Part shown: piece after piece, positions 50,670 through 63,881 of the stretch
How the letters are laid out: every line of letters starts with the position of its first letter
How positions within the stretch are numbered: position 1 is the first letter of the stretch
Assembly (NCBI RefSeq): GCF_028368995.1
Contig: NZ_JAQNDL010000001.1
Span: 1,408,001 to 1,472,000 of the forward strand
DNA: 64,000 nt
From: Nannocystis bainbridge
GTDB taxonomy: Bacteria > Myxococcota_A > Polyangia > Nannocystales > Nannocystaceae
Direction of reading: 5' to 3'
The notes under the pieces: generated by a model
What the model saw: only the letters and a program-made list of their open reading frames with translations
Database searches by the model: none
Told to the model about the DNA's origin: nothing
Program-made: the position numbers and the translations under genes

Positions 50670-52019
50670 ATGCAGCAGCCCGACGCATCTCCGCCCCGCC
50701 AGTTCGGCCTGCCGCTCGTCGGCAACACCCTCGGGATCATGCGCGACCCGATCGCCTTCCAGCGCCGCGGCCATCGCCGTCACGGCCCCGTCTTCTCCGC
50801 GCGGATCTTCGGCACCACCCTCACCTTCGTCGACCCTGTCGGCGCCCCCGAGCTGTTCGAGCAGGTCATCCGCACCCCCACCGATCAGCTCAGCCTCGTC
50901 GCCGCCTACAAGCACCTGGTCGGCCGGATCCTCGGCCCCGAGCTGTTCACCGAGATCGACAAGCCGATGCGCGAGGGCCTGTCGGTCAAGTACATCGGCA
51001 AGCACGTCGGCCCCACCGTCGCCTTCGCCCCGCAGGTGCTCGCGCGGCGGATCCCCGGCACCCACGGCACCATCGACGGCCTGCGCATGGCCAACGACGT
51101 CGTCCTCCACGTCGTCGCCCACTACGTGCTCGGCCACGCCGGCGCCGAGCGGCACGCCGACGAGCTCGCCGAGGCCATGCACGTGCTCGAGAGCGACTTT
51201 AGCATCCTCGGCATGATGCTCCCGATCGAGACCGCCTCGGCCCGTCGCCGCCGCGCCGCCTTCGATCGCATGATGAGCCTCATCGAGGACGAGGTCCGCG
51301 CGCGCATGGCCGACCGCGGCGAGCACGACGATTTCTTGCAGTTCGCCATCGACCACATGGCCGCCGGCGGGACCGAGAAAAACAGCGTCCGCTGGCTCGC
51401 CCTGCGCGTGCTCGGCACCATCTTCGGCGCCCACACCAACACCGCCATGTCGGTCGCCTCGACCCTCAGCGACCTCGTCGAGCACCCCGACGCGCTCGCC
51501 CGGGTGCGCGCCGAGATCGCCGCCCTCCCCGCCGACGCGCCGATGGACCTCGCCGCCATGCGCTCGCTCGTCCACCTGCACCGCGCGATCAACGAGAGCA
51601 TGCGCCTGCGCAGCAACGGCGGCCTGTGGCGCATGGCCATGCACGACATCGACCTCGGCGGCTTCAAGCTGGCCAAGGGCACCGTCGTCGGCGCCAGCAT
51701 GGGCCTCGTCAACCTCGACCCCGCCCGCTACGCCGGAACGCACGAGTATCGGCCCGAGCGCTTCGAGGCGATGACCACCGACAATTATCAGAGCCCGCCG
51801 GTCGGCTCGACCCCGCTGCAATTCGGCGCCTTCGGCACCGGCCGCAACCTGTGCTCGGGCCGCCCGCTCGCCTACGCGATGCTGGCCGCGATCCTCGTGC
51901 CCCTCCTGCGCGACTACCAGTGGCAGATCGTCGACCGCCCGCGCCGGTGGTTCACCCTGCTCACCGGCGGCCTGTCACGCCCGATCGGCGGCCTCACCCT
52001 CCGCTACCGCCGGCGCTGA
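50670..52019 (+). CDS. Cytochrome P450, CYP51-clan-like
   Basis: ESMR (ExxR), RPERF, FGTGRNLCSG heme-Cys motif, I-helix IFGAHTNT. Confidence 0.9.
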   Translation: MQQPDASPPRQFGLPLVGNTLGIMRDPIAFQRRGHRRHGPVFSARIFGTTLTFVDPVGAPELFEQVIRTPTDQLSLVAAYKHLVGRILGPELFTEIDKPMREGLSVKYIGKHVGPTVAFAPQVLARRIPGTHGTIDGLRMANDVVLHVVAHYVLGHAGAERHADELAEAMHVLESDFSILGMMLPIETASARRRRAAFDRMMSLIEDEVRARMADRGEHDDFLQFAIDHMAAGGTEKNSVRWLALRVLGTIFGAHTNTAMSVASTLSDLVEHPDALARVRAEIAALPADAPMDLAAMRSLVHLHRAINESMRLRSNGGLWRMAMHDIDLGGFKLAKGTVVGASMGLVNLDPARYAGTHEYRPERFEAMTTDNYQSPPVGSTPLQFGAFGTGRNLCSGRPLAYAMLAAILVPLLRDYQWQIVDRPRRWFTLLTGGLSRPIGGLTLRYRRR

Positions 52020-52026
52020 GCGCAGA

Positions 52027-52902
52027 TCACAGCGGCGTGCCGAAGCGCTCCAGCGGCCAGAACACCGCCTGCGCCTTGCCGCGGATCATCGCTACGGGCA
52101 CCGGCCCGAAATGCGCGCTGTCGTGCGACAGGCCGCGGTGATCGCCGCGCACATACACATGGTCGGCCGGCACGACCGTGGCAGCCCGCGCGGCGACCGG
52201 CGCCGTGACGTGGATCGCGTACTCGCGGCCGTCCGGCGTCGTCTCGAACCAGCACGTCGGCGTCTCGCCCTCGCACGGGCGCCGCGACCACCGCGTGCCG
52301 TTGACGATCAGCGCCCCGTCCTCGGCCTCGGCGACGCTGTCGCCCGGCAGCCCGACCACGCGCTTCACGAAGGTCTGCGACGGATCGTCGGGGTAGAGGA
52401 ACGCGATCACGTCGCCGCGCGCCGGCACACGCGCGCGCTCGTGGAGCTTGGTGACGACGAAGTGGTCGCCCTCGCGCAGGCCCGGCTGCATCGTCCCGCT
52501 CGGCGTGCTGTACGTCTCGAGCGCGTACTCGGCCCGCAGCGCGTTGGCCACCCCGCCGAGCACCATCGAAGCCGCGATGAAGCCGAGGTACGCCCCGGCC
52601 CGGTTGTACGTGCGCAGCGGATAGGCGTCCCCGTGCCGCCGGGCCCGCCGCGCCGCGTCGAACGCCAGCGCGAACTTGAAGCCGAGCGCCATGCACAGCG
52701 CCAGCCCGGTGCCCCACAGCGTCGGCACGCCCAGCGCCACCGGCACCACCAGCAGCAGCTGCACGACCACGCTCAGCGTCAACAGCATCGCCAGCGCCAG
52801 CCGCGGGCTGCCGACGTAGAGGTGACCGAGCCCCGGCACCAGCACCGTGGCGACAAAGGCGAACAGCGGCGAGCGCGATGCGGTCAACCCGGTCTCGGAC
52901 AT
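52027..52902 (-). CDS. lepB: Signal peptidase I with N-terminal multi-TM extension
   Basis: PSGTMQPGL (Ser), FVKRVVGLPGD (Lys), GD.R..S.DS..FG.VP. Confidence 0.88.
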   Translation of the reverse strand: MSETGLTASRSPLFAFVATVLVPGLGHLYVGSPRLALAMLLTLSVVVQLLLVVPVALGVPTLWGTGLALCMALGFKFALAFDAARRARRHGDAYPLRTYNRAGAYLGFIAASMVLGGVANALRAEYALETYSTPSGTMQPGLREGDHFVVTKLHERARVPARGDVIAFLYPDDPSQTFVKRVVGLPGDSVAEAEDGALIVNGTRWSRRPCEGETPTCWFETTPDGREYAIHVTAPVAARAATVVPADHVYVRGDHRGLSHDSAHFGPVPVAMIRGKAQAVFWPLERFGTPL

Positions 52903-53070
52903 GCGGCCCAGGATGGCACGAAAGCCCCGCCGATACGAGCCGATCCCGCATCGCCGGAGCATCCCCGGCACCTGCGAACCCGCGTTTCTCCGAAACGACG
53001 CCCGGACCGGCGCGATCCCCGAGCCTGCGGGGCACGCCGGCCCGCTGCCGACCCCGCCATCCCGAGCACA

Positions 53071-53154
53071 GGGTCGCGTGGACATGCTCCATGGGGCATG
53101 CCCTGTATGACATGTCCATGAGAGCATGTCCCATCGCACACGTCCGAACAGACA
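53071..53154. repeat. Six-unit 14-bp palindrome array
   Basis: TGCTCCATGGGGCA/TGCCCTGTATGACA/TGTCCATGAGAGCA/TGTCCCATCGCACA/CGTCCGAACAGACA plus one upstream unit, in phase. Confidence 0.8.
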
Positions 53155-53163
53155 GCCACAGGC

Positions 53164-55842
53164 TCAGCGCTCGGGCAGCCCGACCTCGTACACACCCCAG
53201 CCGCCGGCGCCCAGGTACATCACCACCAGCGCCCGCTCGTCCGCCAGGACCAGCACGTCACCGAGGGCCGCGGCTGGCCACGCGGTCGTCCCGGTGTCAC
53301 TCGCGAGGCCGAGCCGCCCGTCGATGCGGATCGGCTGCTTGCCCGTGAACACCCCCCACCCGCCGATCCACGCCAGATCGCGGGCATTGTCCGGAAGCGG
53401 CTTGCCGGCGGGATCCAGCCCCGCCTTGCGCATCTTCGGCAACGCCTGACCGGCCCCGAACTCCGTCTTGCCGCCCGCGCCCCACAGCACCGCCAGCCCT
53501 CGCCGCACCCGCTTACCGGTGCCGCGGCGGATCGTCACCACCACGTCCATCTCGCCGTCGCCGTCGAGATCGCCGCGCGCGCCGCAGCGGCCGCGGTACC
53601 ACTCGAGCGTGAAGCAGTCGCGGCTCACCGCCGGCCCCAACTCCTGCCGCAGTCGGGCGTCGATCGTGCGCTCCAGCCCGTCGTCGGGCCCCAGCGGCGG
53701 CCACGTGAACGGCTCCACCGCGCCCGTCGGCATGGGCCCGCCGCGCCGCGCCGGGCTGGCGACCAGACGCGGCGCATCGACGGCCGTCCCGCCGTCACGC
53801 TCGTCGCCCCAGCACCACAACGAGCCGTCCACCAGGCTCGCGCACGAGTGGCGCGTGCCCGCGGCGATCGTCCGCGCCGGCCCCGGCAACGCCACCCGCA
53901 CCGGCGCGTCGCGGTCCATGCATTCGCCGTCGCCGAGCTGACCGAACGCATTGCGGCCCCAGCACAGCACCTCGCCCGCCTCACCGCGCGCGCAGAGGTG
54001 GGTCTCGCCCGCCGACAGCTGGACGATCTTCGGCAGCTTCGCCGGCACCGAGAAGTTCTCGCACACCACCTCGCCCCCATCGTCGAGCGCACACACCCCG
54101 AGGTGCGGCGCCGCGATCGCCCGCACCTTGCGCCCCGCCAACGCATCCGCCAGAGCCCGCCGCGGCGCGTCGCCGAAATCACCGCCCCAGCAGGTCACCA
54201 CCCCGTGCTCGCGCAGCACGCACGCGTGCTCGCGCCCCAGCGCCACCGCCGTCGCGTCGGCGATCCCCGGCATCACCAGCCCGGCCCCGTCGCTGTGCGG
54301 CGCCGGCAACATGGCCCGCGCCCACGGCCGCAGCGGCGCGTAGATGCACTCCCACGCGCTCGGATCGTCCTCGTGGCAATGCACCGCGTCGCGATAAAAA
54401 TCATCGTGCCCGTGCGCGTGACCGTGGATGTCGCCGCCCAGCCAGCGGAACACGTCGCGCCCCCAACAGCGCACGCGCCGGTCGGCCCCGACCGCGCAGC
54501 CGCCCCGACTGTTGACCGCGAGGTCGACCGCATCGCTCACGTTCGGCACCACGAACGGCGCTGCCGGCTCGCTCCCCCGCGCCTGCCAGCAGGCCACGCG
54601 CCCGCCGACCAGCGCCGCACACAGGTTGCCGCGCGCCGCCGCGGCGTTCGTCACCCGCTGGGTCCCGCTCAGCGCCTCGAACTGCAGCTGCGGCCGCTCG
54701 CGCAACGACCCGGCGCAGCGCAGCACCCCGTCGTCGAGCAGGCAGGTCGAGAGCCCGGCGACGATCCTCCCGCCGGCCTGGATCCCCTCGCGCCACCGCC
54801 GGGGCCCGCGATCATACTCGCCGAGGCCGAGCTGCCCCCAACGATTGTCACCCCAGCAATGCAGCGAACCATCGCCCGTGAGCGCGCAGGTGTGCGCCGC
54901 ACCGGCGCTGACCTTGCGGACATCCGTGAGGGGCACCGCGAGCGGCTGGTTGTCTCGCGCCGACATCCCCTCGATCCCGCGCCCGAGCTGCCCGTCCTCG
55001 CCGCGCCCCCAGCACCACAATCGATCGTCGCGGGTACGGCCGCAGAAATGAAAGTCTCCCGCCACCACATCGACCAGCGGTGGCAGGTTCAAGAGCTGCG
55101 ATCGCCGCACCCGCGTGGGCTCGAACTGCCAACAATGCACCGCGCCCTCGACATCGACCGCGCACCCTTCCCAATCGGCGTAGGCCACGTCGACCATCGC
55201 CGGCAGCTCCGACGGAGTGACGCGGTGGCCGCCGGCGAAGCGCACCTCGTCGTCCGCCACCAGCATCCACGCGTCGAGGTGCGGATGCACCGCGAGCGCC
55301 GAGACCCGCGTCCCCGCCTCGGCGAGACGCAGCCGCGATTTGGGCCGCGGCGCCCCGTTCCAGTCCCAGCAGCCCACGCCGCCGCCGCTGTCGCGCGCGC
55401 AGCCGATCTCGGCCCCGGCCGCGACCTCGACGACCTTCGCCAGGTCCAGCCCGCCCGACGCGCTGGCGATCGCCTCGGGGCGCCAGTCAGCGCCCCAGCA
55501 CCACAGCCCGCCGCCCTCGACGGTCGCGCACGTGCGATCGACCCCGGCGAAGATCGCCCGCGCCGGCGGCAACCCCACGATCGGCGCCTCCTCGCCGGTC
55601 TCGCCGCACCGCCCCGCGCGATACCCCCAGCACCGCACCTCGCCGCCCTGCAGCACGCACGTGTGCCGCTGCCCCGCCGCGATGTCCGTGATCGCGGCAG
55701 CCTGCCGATCCACCGGCGCAGCGGGAGCAGGCGCCGCCACCTCGGGCGCCCGTGGGGCCGGCAGCTCGCGGCAACCGGCGCTCCCCAGCAGCCCGGCCGC
55801 CAGCCAAGCCCTCGACCAGACCCGCGCTGCTCGTCCAGACAT
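53164..55842 (-). CDS. RCC1/BLIP-II repeat lipoprotein
   Basis: SAGC lipobox; many AG..HTC...G.V.CWG.N..GQLG repeats; C-terminal DLDGDGEMD loop. Confidence 0.85.
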   Translation of the reverse strand: MSGRAARVWSRAWLAAGLLGSAGCRELPAPRAPEVAAPAPAAPVDRQAAAITDIAAGQRHTCVLQGGEVRCWGYRAGRCGETGEEAPIVGLPPARAIFAGVDRTCATVEGGGLWCWGADWRPEAIASASGGLDLAKVVEVAAGAEIGCARDSGGGVGCWDWNGAPRPKSRLRLAEAGTRVSALAVHPHLDAWMLVADDEVRFAGGHRVTPSELPAMVDVAYADWEGCAVDVEGAVHCWQFEPTRVRRSQLLNLPPLVDVVAGDFHFCGRTRDDRLWCWGRGEDGQLGRGIEGMSARDNQPLAVPLTDVRKVSAGAAHTCALTGDGSLHCWGDNRWGQLGLGEYDRGPRRWREGIQAGGRIVAGLSTCLLDDGVLRCAGSLRERPQLQFEALSGTQRVTNAAAARGNLCAALVGGRVACWQARGSEPAAPFVVPNVSDAVDLAVNSRGGCAVGADRRVRCWGRDVFRWLGGDIHGHAHGHDDFYRDAVHCHEDDPSAWECIYAPLRPWARAMLPAPHSDGAGLVMPGIADATAVALGREHACVLREHGVVTCWGGDFGDAPRRALADALAGRKVRAIAAPHLGVCALDDGGEVVCENFSVPAKLPKIVQLSAGETHLCARGEAGEVLCWGRNAFGQLGDGECMDRDAPVRVALPGPARTIAAGTRHSCASLVDGSLWCWGDERDGGTAVDAPRLVASPARRGGPMPTGAVEPFTWPPLGPDDGLERTIDARLRQELGPAVSRDCFTLEWYRGRCGARGDLDGDGEMDVVVTIRRGTGKRVRRGLAVLWGAGGKTEFGAGQALPKMRKAGLDPAGKPLPDNARDLAWIGGWGVFTGKQPIRIDGRLGLASDTGTTAWPAAALGDVLVLADERALVVMYLGAGGWGVYEVGLPER

Positions 55843-56022
55843 CGAAGCCCGGATCTTAGCCGAATCCAGGCCCGAATTGGACACATCTCGGGCCGCACGC
55901 AGCGCTGCTGGAGCACCACGCGCGTCTCTCCCCATCGCCGATCTGCGCGGCCGCTCCAGGCTCTTCGGACATGCCCTGACGGACATGTCCTAAAAGACGT
56001 TACCGTATTATTTCCCCGCCCG

Positions 56023-57771
56023 TCACTGCGGCCAGTCGCGCCCGGTCGGGATCGTGAACTCGATCCCCCCCGACACCCCGCCGACGAAGAACGGCCGGGC
56101 CGTCATCGCCCCCGCGAAGCCCTGGACCACCAGCGACAGCCACGGCGTCAGCGACACCCGCGCCCCGCCGTTCAACGTCATCACCCCCGCCGGCGACGCG
56201 CACGGGTGCGGCGCCTGGGCGCATCTCGAGATCGGGATCAGCGCCCCGAACGACGCCCCGATGTGCGGGCGGAACACCTTGTGCGGGCGGTACACCCGCT
56301 CGTAGCGGGCCATCGCCAGGATGTAGCGCCAGCGCGGCCCGTAGCCGGCGTATTGTGCATAGGCCACCTCGAAGCCGACCTCGTGCACATAGTTGACGCG
56401 CCCGAGCACCGTCCCGCCGAGCCCGTAGCCTTGCGGGAACCACCGCGGCGCGAACCCGACGCTGATCGCCTTGCGATACGAGCGGCGGTCGATCATGGTC
56501 CTGCCGATCTGGCTGTCGACCGGCGGCGGCGCGTCGGCGGCCGCCGCCGAGAACGACGGCAAGCTCGAGCGGTCGCCGCGACTGAGCCGCCGCTTCGCCC
56601 GCTCGACCGCGCGGATCCGCGGATACGCCTCCGCCGACAGCCCCGAGTGCGTCACCAAGAAGCTCGCCGCCGCCCGCTCCTGGACCTCGACCGGCACCCC
56701 GCGCAGCTCGAGCAGCACCCGCAGCTCGTCGTAATCGCGGATCATCCGCGCCTCGCTCTGGCGCAGCACCGCCCCGTGATCGCGCCAGCGATCGCAGAGC
56801 TCGCGCGCCTGCGTCAGGTACGGGTTGTCCTGCTCGATCGCCGCCAATCCGCACCACGCCTCCGCGTGGCGCTCCGGCGTCGCCCGCCGGTCCGCCTGCA
56901 CCTTGACCGCCACGTCGTAGGCCTGATGCGCCGCCAGGCTGCCGTCCAGGTCCATCGATTGCACCTCGCGGCGGTCGAGGTCGGGCGGTCGCAGGAATTG
57001 TTGCGACCCGGCCAGCGCCTCCGCGTGGGCCGAGATCGGCGCCACCTCGAGGCGAATCGGCGCAGTACACACGTGCCGCCGCGGGTCGTCGGTCGCCGCC
57101 ACCTGGGCGCACGCCTCGAGCATGTTCGGCGGCGACTCCTTGAGCACCTCGACCGTGTCCTCCGACGCCCCGGAGAGCACCGCCCCGGCCCCGCCGCGCG
57201 CGCTGTCCGCGACCGACGACAGGCGAAACGCCCCCAGGCTCACGCCCGTGACCACGTGGGTCGCGCGCGCGCACTCGGGCCCGCCCCGCAGCTCCTTCGC
57301 CGTGTAGCCCGGCTGCGGCGCCTCGTAGCGGCCGACCACCACCATGTCGAGCTCGAGCGCCTCGCCCCGCTCGACCCGCCCGCCGAGCTGCGCCAGCCCG
57401 AGCGGGATGTTGATCAGCAGCTCGTCGAGCGAGCCGATATGAATGCTCTGCGACCCGGTCGTGGTCTGCGCATACGCATAGTTGCCGGGCGCCGTACACC
57501 CGCGCAACACCTCCATCTCGCAATCCTCGTAGCGCACCGCGACCACCCCACGGAGCAGCCGCGACTCGAGCTCGGCCGCGTCCATCCCCGACCACTCGAC
57601 GATCAGCGGCTTGTCCGGATCCTTGACCACGCTGCAGCGCGACTGCCCCGCGGCCGCGAGCTGCTCCCCGGTCAGATCGCTGGCGTCACGCAGGCCGCTG
57701 CGCGAACAGCCGCTCGCGAGCAGGACGAGGTCGGCGAACAGGACAGCGAAAAGACAGCCGAGGCGTCTCAT
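56023..57771 (-). CDS. Hypothetical myxobacterial lipoprotein with possible C-terminal beta-barrel
   Basis: LASGC lipobox; PLIVEW...LE, C..ATHVV motifs; amphipathic C-terminal strands. Confidence 0.7.
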   Translation of the reverse strand: MRRLGCLFAVLFADLVLLASGCSRSGLRDASDLTGEQLAAAGQSRCSVVKDPDKPLIVEWSGMDAAELESRLLRGVVAVRYEDCEMEVLRGCTAPGNYAYAQTTTGSQSIHIGSLDELLINIPLGLAQLGGRVERGEALELDMVVVGRYEAPQPGYTAKELRGGPECARATHVVTGVSLGAFRLSSVADSARGGAGAVLSGASEDTVEVLKESPPNMLEACAQVAATDDPRRHVCTAPIRLEVAPISAHAEALAGSQQFLRPPDLDRREVQSMDLDGSLAAHQAYDVAVKVQADRRATPERHAEAWCGLAAIEQDNPYLTQARELCDRWRDHGAVLRQSEARMIRDYDELRVLLELRGVPVEVQERAAASFLVTHSGLSAEAYPRIRAVERAKRRLSRGDRSSLPSFSAAAADAPPPVDSQIGRTMIDRRSYRKAISVGFAPRWFPQGYGLGGTVLGRVNYVHEVGFEVAYAQYAGYGPRWRYILAMARYERVYRPHKVFRPHIGASFGALIPISRCAQAPHPCASPAGVMTLNGGARVSLTPWLSLVVQGFAGAMTARPFFVGGVSGGIEFTIPTGRDWPQ

Positions 57772-58179
57772 GGCGCGGTCCGTCAGTATTCACGACGCCC
57801 GCCGCCGACGCACCCGGAATCCTCGCGCCCGCCCGGGCGAGCGCCGCCCGGCGCGGCCAGGAGTGAAACCGCGCATCGCCCCGGATCGCCACGCTCCTGG
57901 TCTCCGGCGGCCCTTCCCGGTCGCGACGACCTCGCCGGGCGACGACGTGACCGATCCGACACGCCTCGCGCGGACCCCCGCGGCCCGGGCAAGACCCGCG
58001 TCACGCGCAGCACCGCGACCTCGCCCGCCCGAACACCGCGACTGACAGTCCGGGCCAACCCGGAGGATTCGACTCTCGTGGGACGACACTCATGTCCAAA
58101 GATAAAACCGGCACCGATCCTTCAGACACGGATCGTGGCACGCGACGGGCGGGTGCTCTCTGCTATCGTCGCGGCGCCC

Positions 58180-58566
58180 ATGGAGATCCGCTACATCACG
58201 GCCCACCTTGAATTCGAAGCGCCCACGAGCCTCGATCGCGTCGTCGCCGAGCTCGAGCCCGAGGTCGTGATCCACCTCCACGATCGCGCGGGCGAGCTCC
58301 ACTCCGTCGCGCTCGGGATCGCGGTGGACGGCTCGCCGGAACAGTCCGTCGCACACCTCTGTGCCCTGCTCGAAGGCCTGTCCCCGCCCGCCCGCGACGC
58401 CTGGGACCAGTGCACCCGCCGCGTCGTCGACCTCGCGTTCGAGAGCGGCACCACGCCCAAGGACGTCACCTACGCCCTCTCCGTGGGGCTCGTACGCCGG
58501 CTGGGCGACCTGGGGCTTGCGATCGCGGTGACCGTGTATCGCGTAGGCTTTTACTCGGGCGAGTGA
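58180..58566 (+). CDS. Hypothetical protein (128 aa)
   Basis: MEIRYITAHLEF...; coding-like GC3. It is the 3' end of an otherwise spurious long ORF. Confidence 0.7.
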   Translation: MEIRYITAHLEFEAPTSLDRVVAELEPEVVIHLHDRAGELHSVALGIAVDGSPEQSVAHLCALLEGLSPPARDAWDQCTRRVVDLAFESGTTPKDVTYALSVGLVRRLGDLGLAIAVTVYRVGFYSGE

Positions 58567-58844
58567 GGCGACCGCCTTGAAGTCCCTCGGCGCGGCCACG
58601 AATCGCGCGACCGCGGCGGCTTGATCGCTTCCGGACACGAGCAGGGCGAGGTCGCGGATGCACGCATGCGTGGCCTCGGATCGTCGTGGTCCTCGCGGTG
58701 AGCGGCAAACGTCGATGTCGCTCGCGCACGCGTCCTCTGCCGCCGCGCGGCCGCAGCCTGCATCCACGGCACCTGCGGGGTCGGACCCGCGTGGCCCTTG
58801 CTCGCCGCCGTGACACCCGCCCGCCCGCGTGCGATCCTCCGGCC

Positions 58845-59399
58845 ATGGCGACCCGCAAGGCCACATCGAGATCCGCGACGAGCAAGGCCCCCGCACGCCG
58901 TTCCGCCCCCGAAAAGCCGGCCGCCCGCCCCTCGCCGACCGCGACGCACAAGCCCGCGCGCCGCCCCGCCGCTGCCAGACCGGCCCCGGCTCCGCCGACC
59001 CGCGACGAGCTGTTCGCCCGCGTCGAGCGGCGTGCGACCCAGCTCGGCGTCAAGCTGCGCAGGGGCGCCACGCCGCGGGAGATCGCCCAGACGGAGCAAG
59101 CCCTCGGCCTCACCCTGCCCGACGACGTGCGCGCCTGGTACCGCCGCCACGACGGCAGCGACGGCTCCTCCCCCTACCTGTGGCCCCTCGAGCTCGTGCG
59201 GGTCCACCGCGCATTGTTCAACAATTCCATCGGCCCCCACGCCGTCGTGTTCGCCGGCATCGACGACGAAGTCACCGGCATCGACCTGTCCGCCGGCGGC
59301 GCGGGCCACATGTTCGACTGGGTGCCCGAGGAAGGTCCCATGCCGTACAAGAACGGCTCGTTCCTCGCGTGGCTGCTCGCCTGCGAGTGGAAGTGGTGA
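58845..59399 (+). CDS. SMI1/KNR4 (SUKH) family protein with basic low-complexity N-terminus
   Basis: GAT..EI...E..LG..LP.D.R.WY..HDG, C-terminal SF..WL. Confidence 0.8.
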   Translation: MATRKATSRSATSKAPARRSAPEKPAARPSPTATHKPARRPAAARPAPAPPTRDELFARVERRATQLGVKLRRGATPREIAQTEQALGLTLPDDVRAWYRRHDGSDGSSPYLWPLELVRVHRALFNNSIGPHAVVFAGIDDEVTGIDLSAGGAGHMFDWVPEEGPMPYKNGSFLAWLLACEWKW

Positions 59400-59583
59400 G
59401 CCCCGCGCGGCCACTGAACAATGAACGGCTGAGGCTCCCGCAAACTGTCGAAGCAAGACGCAAGGATGCGGCGGGGCGGCCTCGGTGATGCGTCAGGGCG
59501 TGGGGGCGAATCCGACCAGCCGTGGTCCGGTGGGCGCAAAAATTCGCGGTCGAAGCACGTCAAGCTTGTGGGAAGATTGCGTC

Positions 59584-59832
59584 ATGGCTCAAGCATGTTT
59601 CAAGTGTGGCGGCTCCGGAAAACTTCATTGGAGCGCGATGCCTCATTCCCCGGGATGTATCTTCTGCACACCTTGCGATGGTTGCGGCAGCAGTGGCGCG
59701 ATCTCCGATGACGCCTCGAGGTGCCCGAAGTGCCAGGGCCAGGGCCGGATCCACGACAGCGCCTTGCCTCATGCCTCTGATTGTATCTTCTGCCAACTAT
59801 GCTCCACGTGTCACGGAAAGGGACACCTATAG
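59584..59832 (+). CDS. Small Cys/His-rich protein with DnaJ-type CxxCxGxG zinc-finger repeats (82 aa)
   Basis: Two tandem units CxxCxGxG..H.S..PH...CIFC..CxxCxGxG; lower GC than flanks. Confidence 0.75.
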   Translation: MAQACFKCGGSGKLHWSAMPHSPGCIFCTPCDGCGSSGAISDDASRCPKCQGQGRIHDSALPHASDCIFCQLCSTCHGKGHL

Positions 59833-60154
59833 ACCGGACGCCGCGCCCGGTGAAGGGCAAGGGGTGTGACACTGGCTCGAGATAGACTTTGCATACCCCT
59901 CCGCCCCCCGCTTTCGCCTGCATGGGATCGGTAATGCCAGCCGGGACGGCGACGCACAGGAGGAGATTGAACCTCGCGGTGTTGCCGGGTTCGGCCGTAA
60001 CGCTCACCGCGAACAGGAGGATCGCGGCGGGAGGCCATCCCCCGAGCACGTCGAGCCACGGTCGTTCCAGGCCGCCGCTCTTTCGCGCGGCGCCCCGGCG
60101 AATTCGCCGGCCCAGCTTCGGCGTCCTCGTCGACGGCGCGCTCCGCTTCCTTCG

Positions 60155-60622
60155 CTAGCCCGCCCAAGGGTCGCCCATCAGCACCCGCTCGCGCCCCGGC
60201 TGCTTCGGGGGCGGCTTGACCGGCTTCGGCGGGCTCGGCTCCGGCGCCGCACCGACGGACGCCGCGCCGTCGGGGATCACCGGCACCGGCCTGGCGAGCG
60301 CCGGGACCTCCGATTCGACCGCGGGCGCGAGCCGCTGCGCCTCCGGGGTGTGAGGAGCGCAGGCCGCCAGCACCATCGCCGTCACCGCCGGAACGAGCCG
60401 CGGCGGCTCGCGGCGGAACACCGCGAACCCGTCCTCGTCGACCCGCACGCGCACGCACGGCCGCGGCCCCGCGGGCGACCGAAGCAGGCGCTCCGCCTCG
60501 CGCGCGGACAGGGCGGTCAGATCGTGCACCTCGCGGCGACATGTCTGACAGCGCCGCCCGACCGCCGTCGATTCCATCGTGTCCCAGTTAGCATCGCAGG
60601 GCTCGAGGACGCGAAGACGCAT
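60155..60622 (-). CDS. Hypothetical protein with N-terminal PC...W..M...R.C..C...VHDL Cys motif and TM helix
   Basis: MRLRVLEPCDANWDTM...RRCQTCRREVHDL...CVR; Pro-rich tail. Confidence 0.75.
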   Translation of the reverse strand: MRLRVLEPCDANWDTMESTAVGRRCQTCRREVHDLTALSAREAERLLRSPAGPRPCVRVRVDEDGFAVFRREPPRLVPAVTAMVLAACAPHTPEAQRLAPAVESEVPALARPVPVIPDGAASVGAAPEPSPPKPVKPPPKQPGRERVLMGDPWAG

Positions 60623-60929
60623 GCCCTCGCTTCGTACGTCCGACCGACTCCGCCGATCTCCGCGAGCGAGCCCGGGCGCCCGCCCCCGCGCCTGCCCTCC
60701 CCGCCTCGTCGCATTCCGCCCTTCCTCCCATTTCGCGTCACCGCGTGCGCCGACCACTCCCACCATTCGCCGCCCAGCGGTCCCAACCGTGCGCGGGGCC
60801 GGGTGCGAATCCACGTTCTGCGGGTAACCCCTCGCCGTACCTCCCGCCTGCGGGGTCCGCGTTCGCAATCACCAACCGCCCGAAACTGCCCGCGCGCATC
60901 GTCATCCGCCTCGATATACTCGCTCGCTG

Positions 60930-63881
<2,952 letters not shown>

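Noticed and set aside
53848-58179. 1572-aa plus-strand ORF
   Set aside because: Shadow of the RCC1 and lipoprotein genes; only 58180-58566 looks coding.
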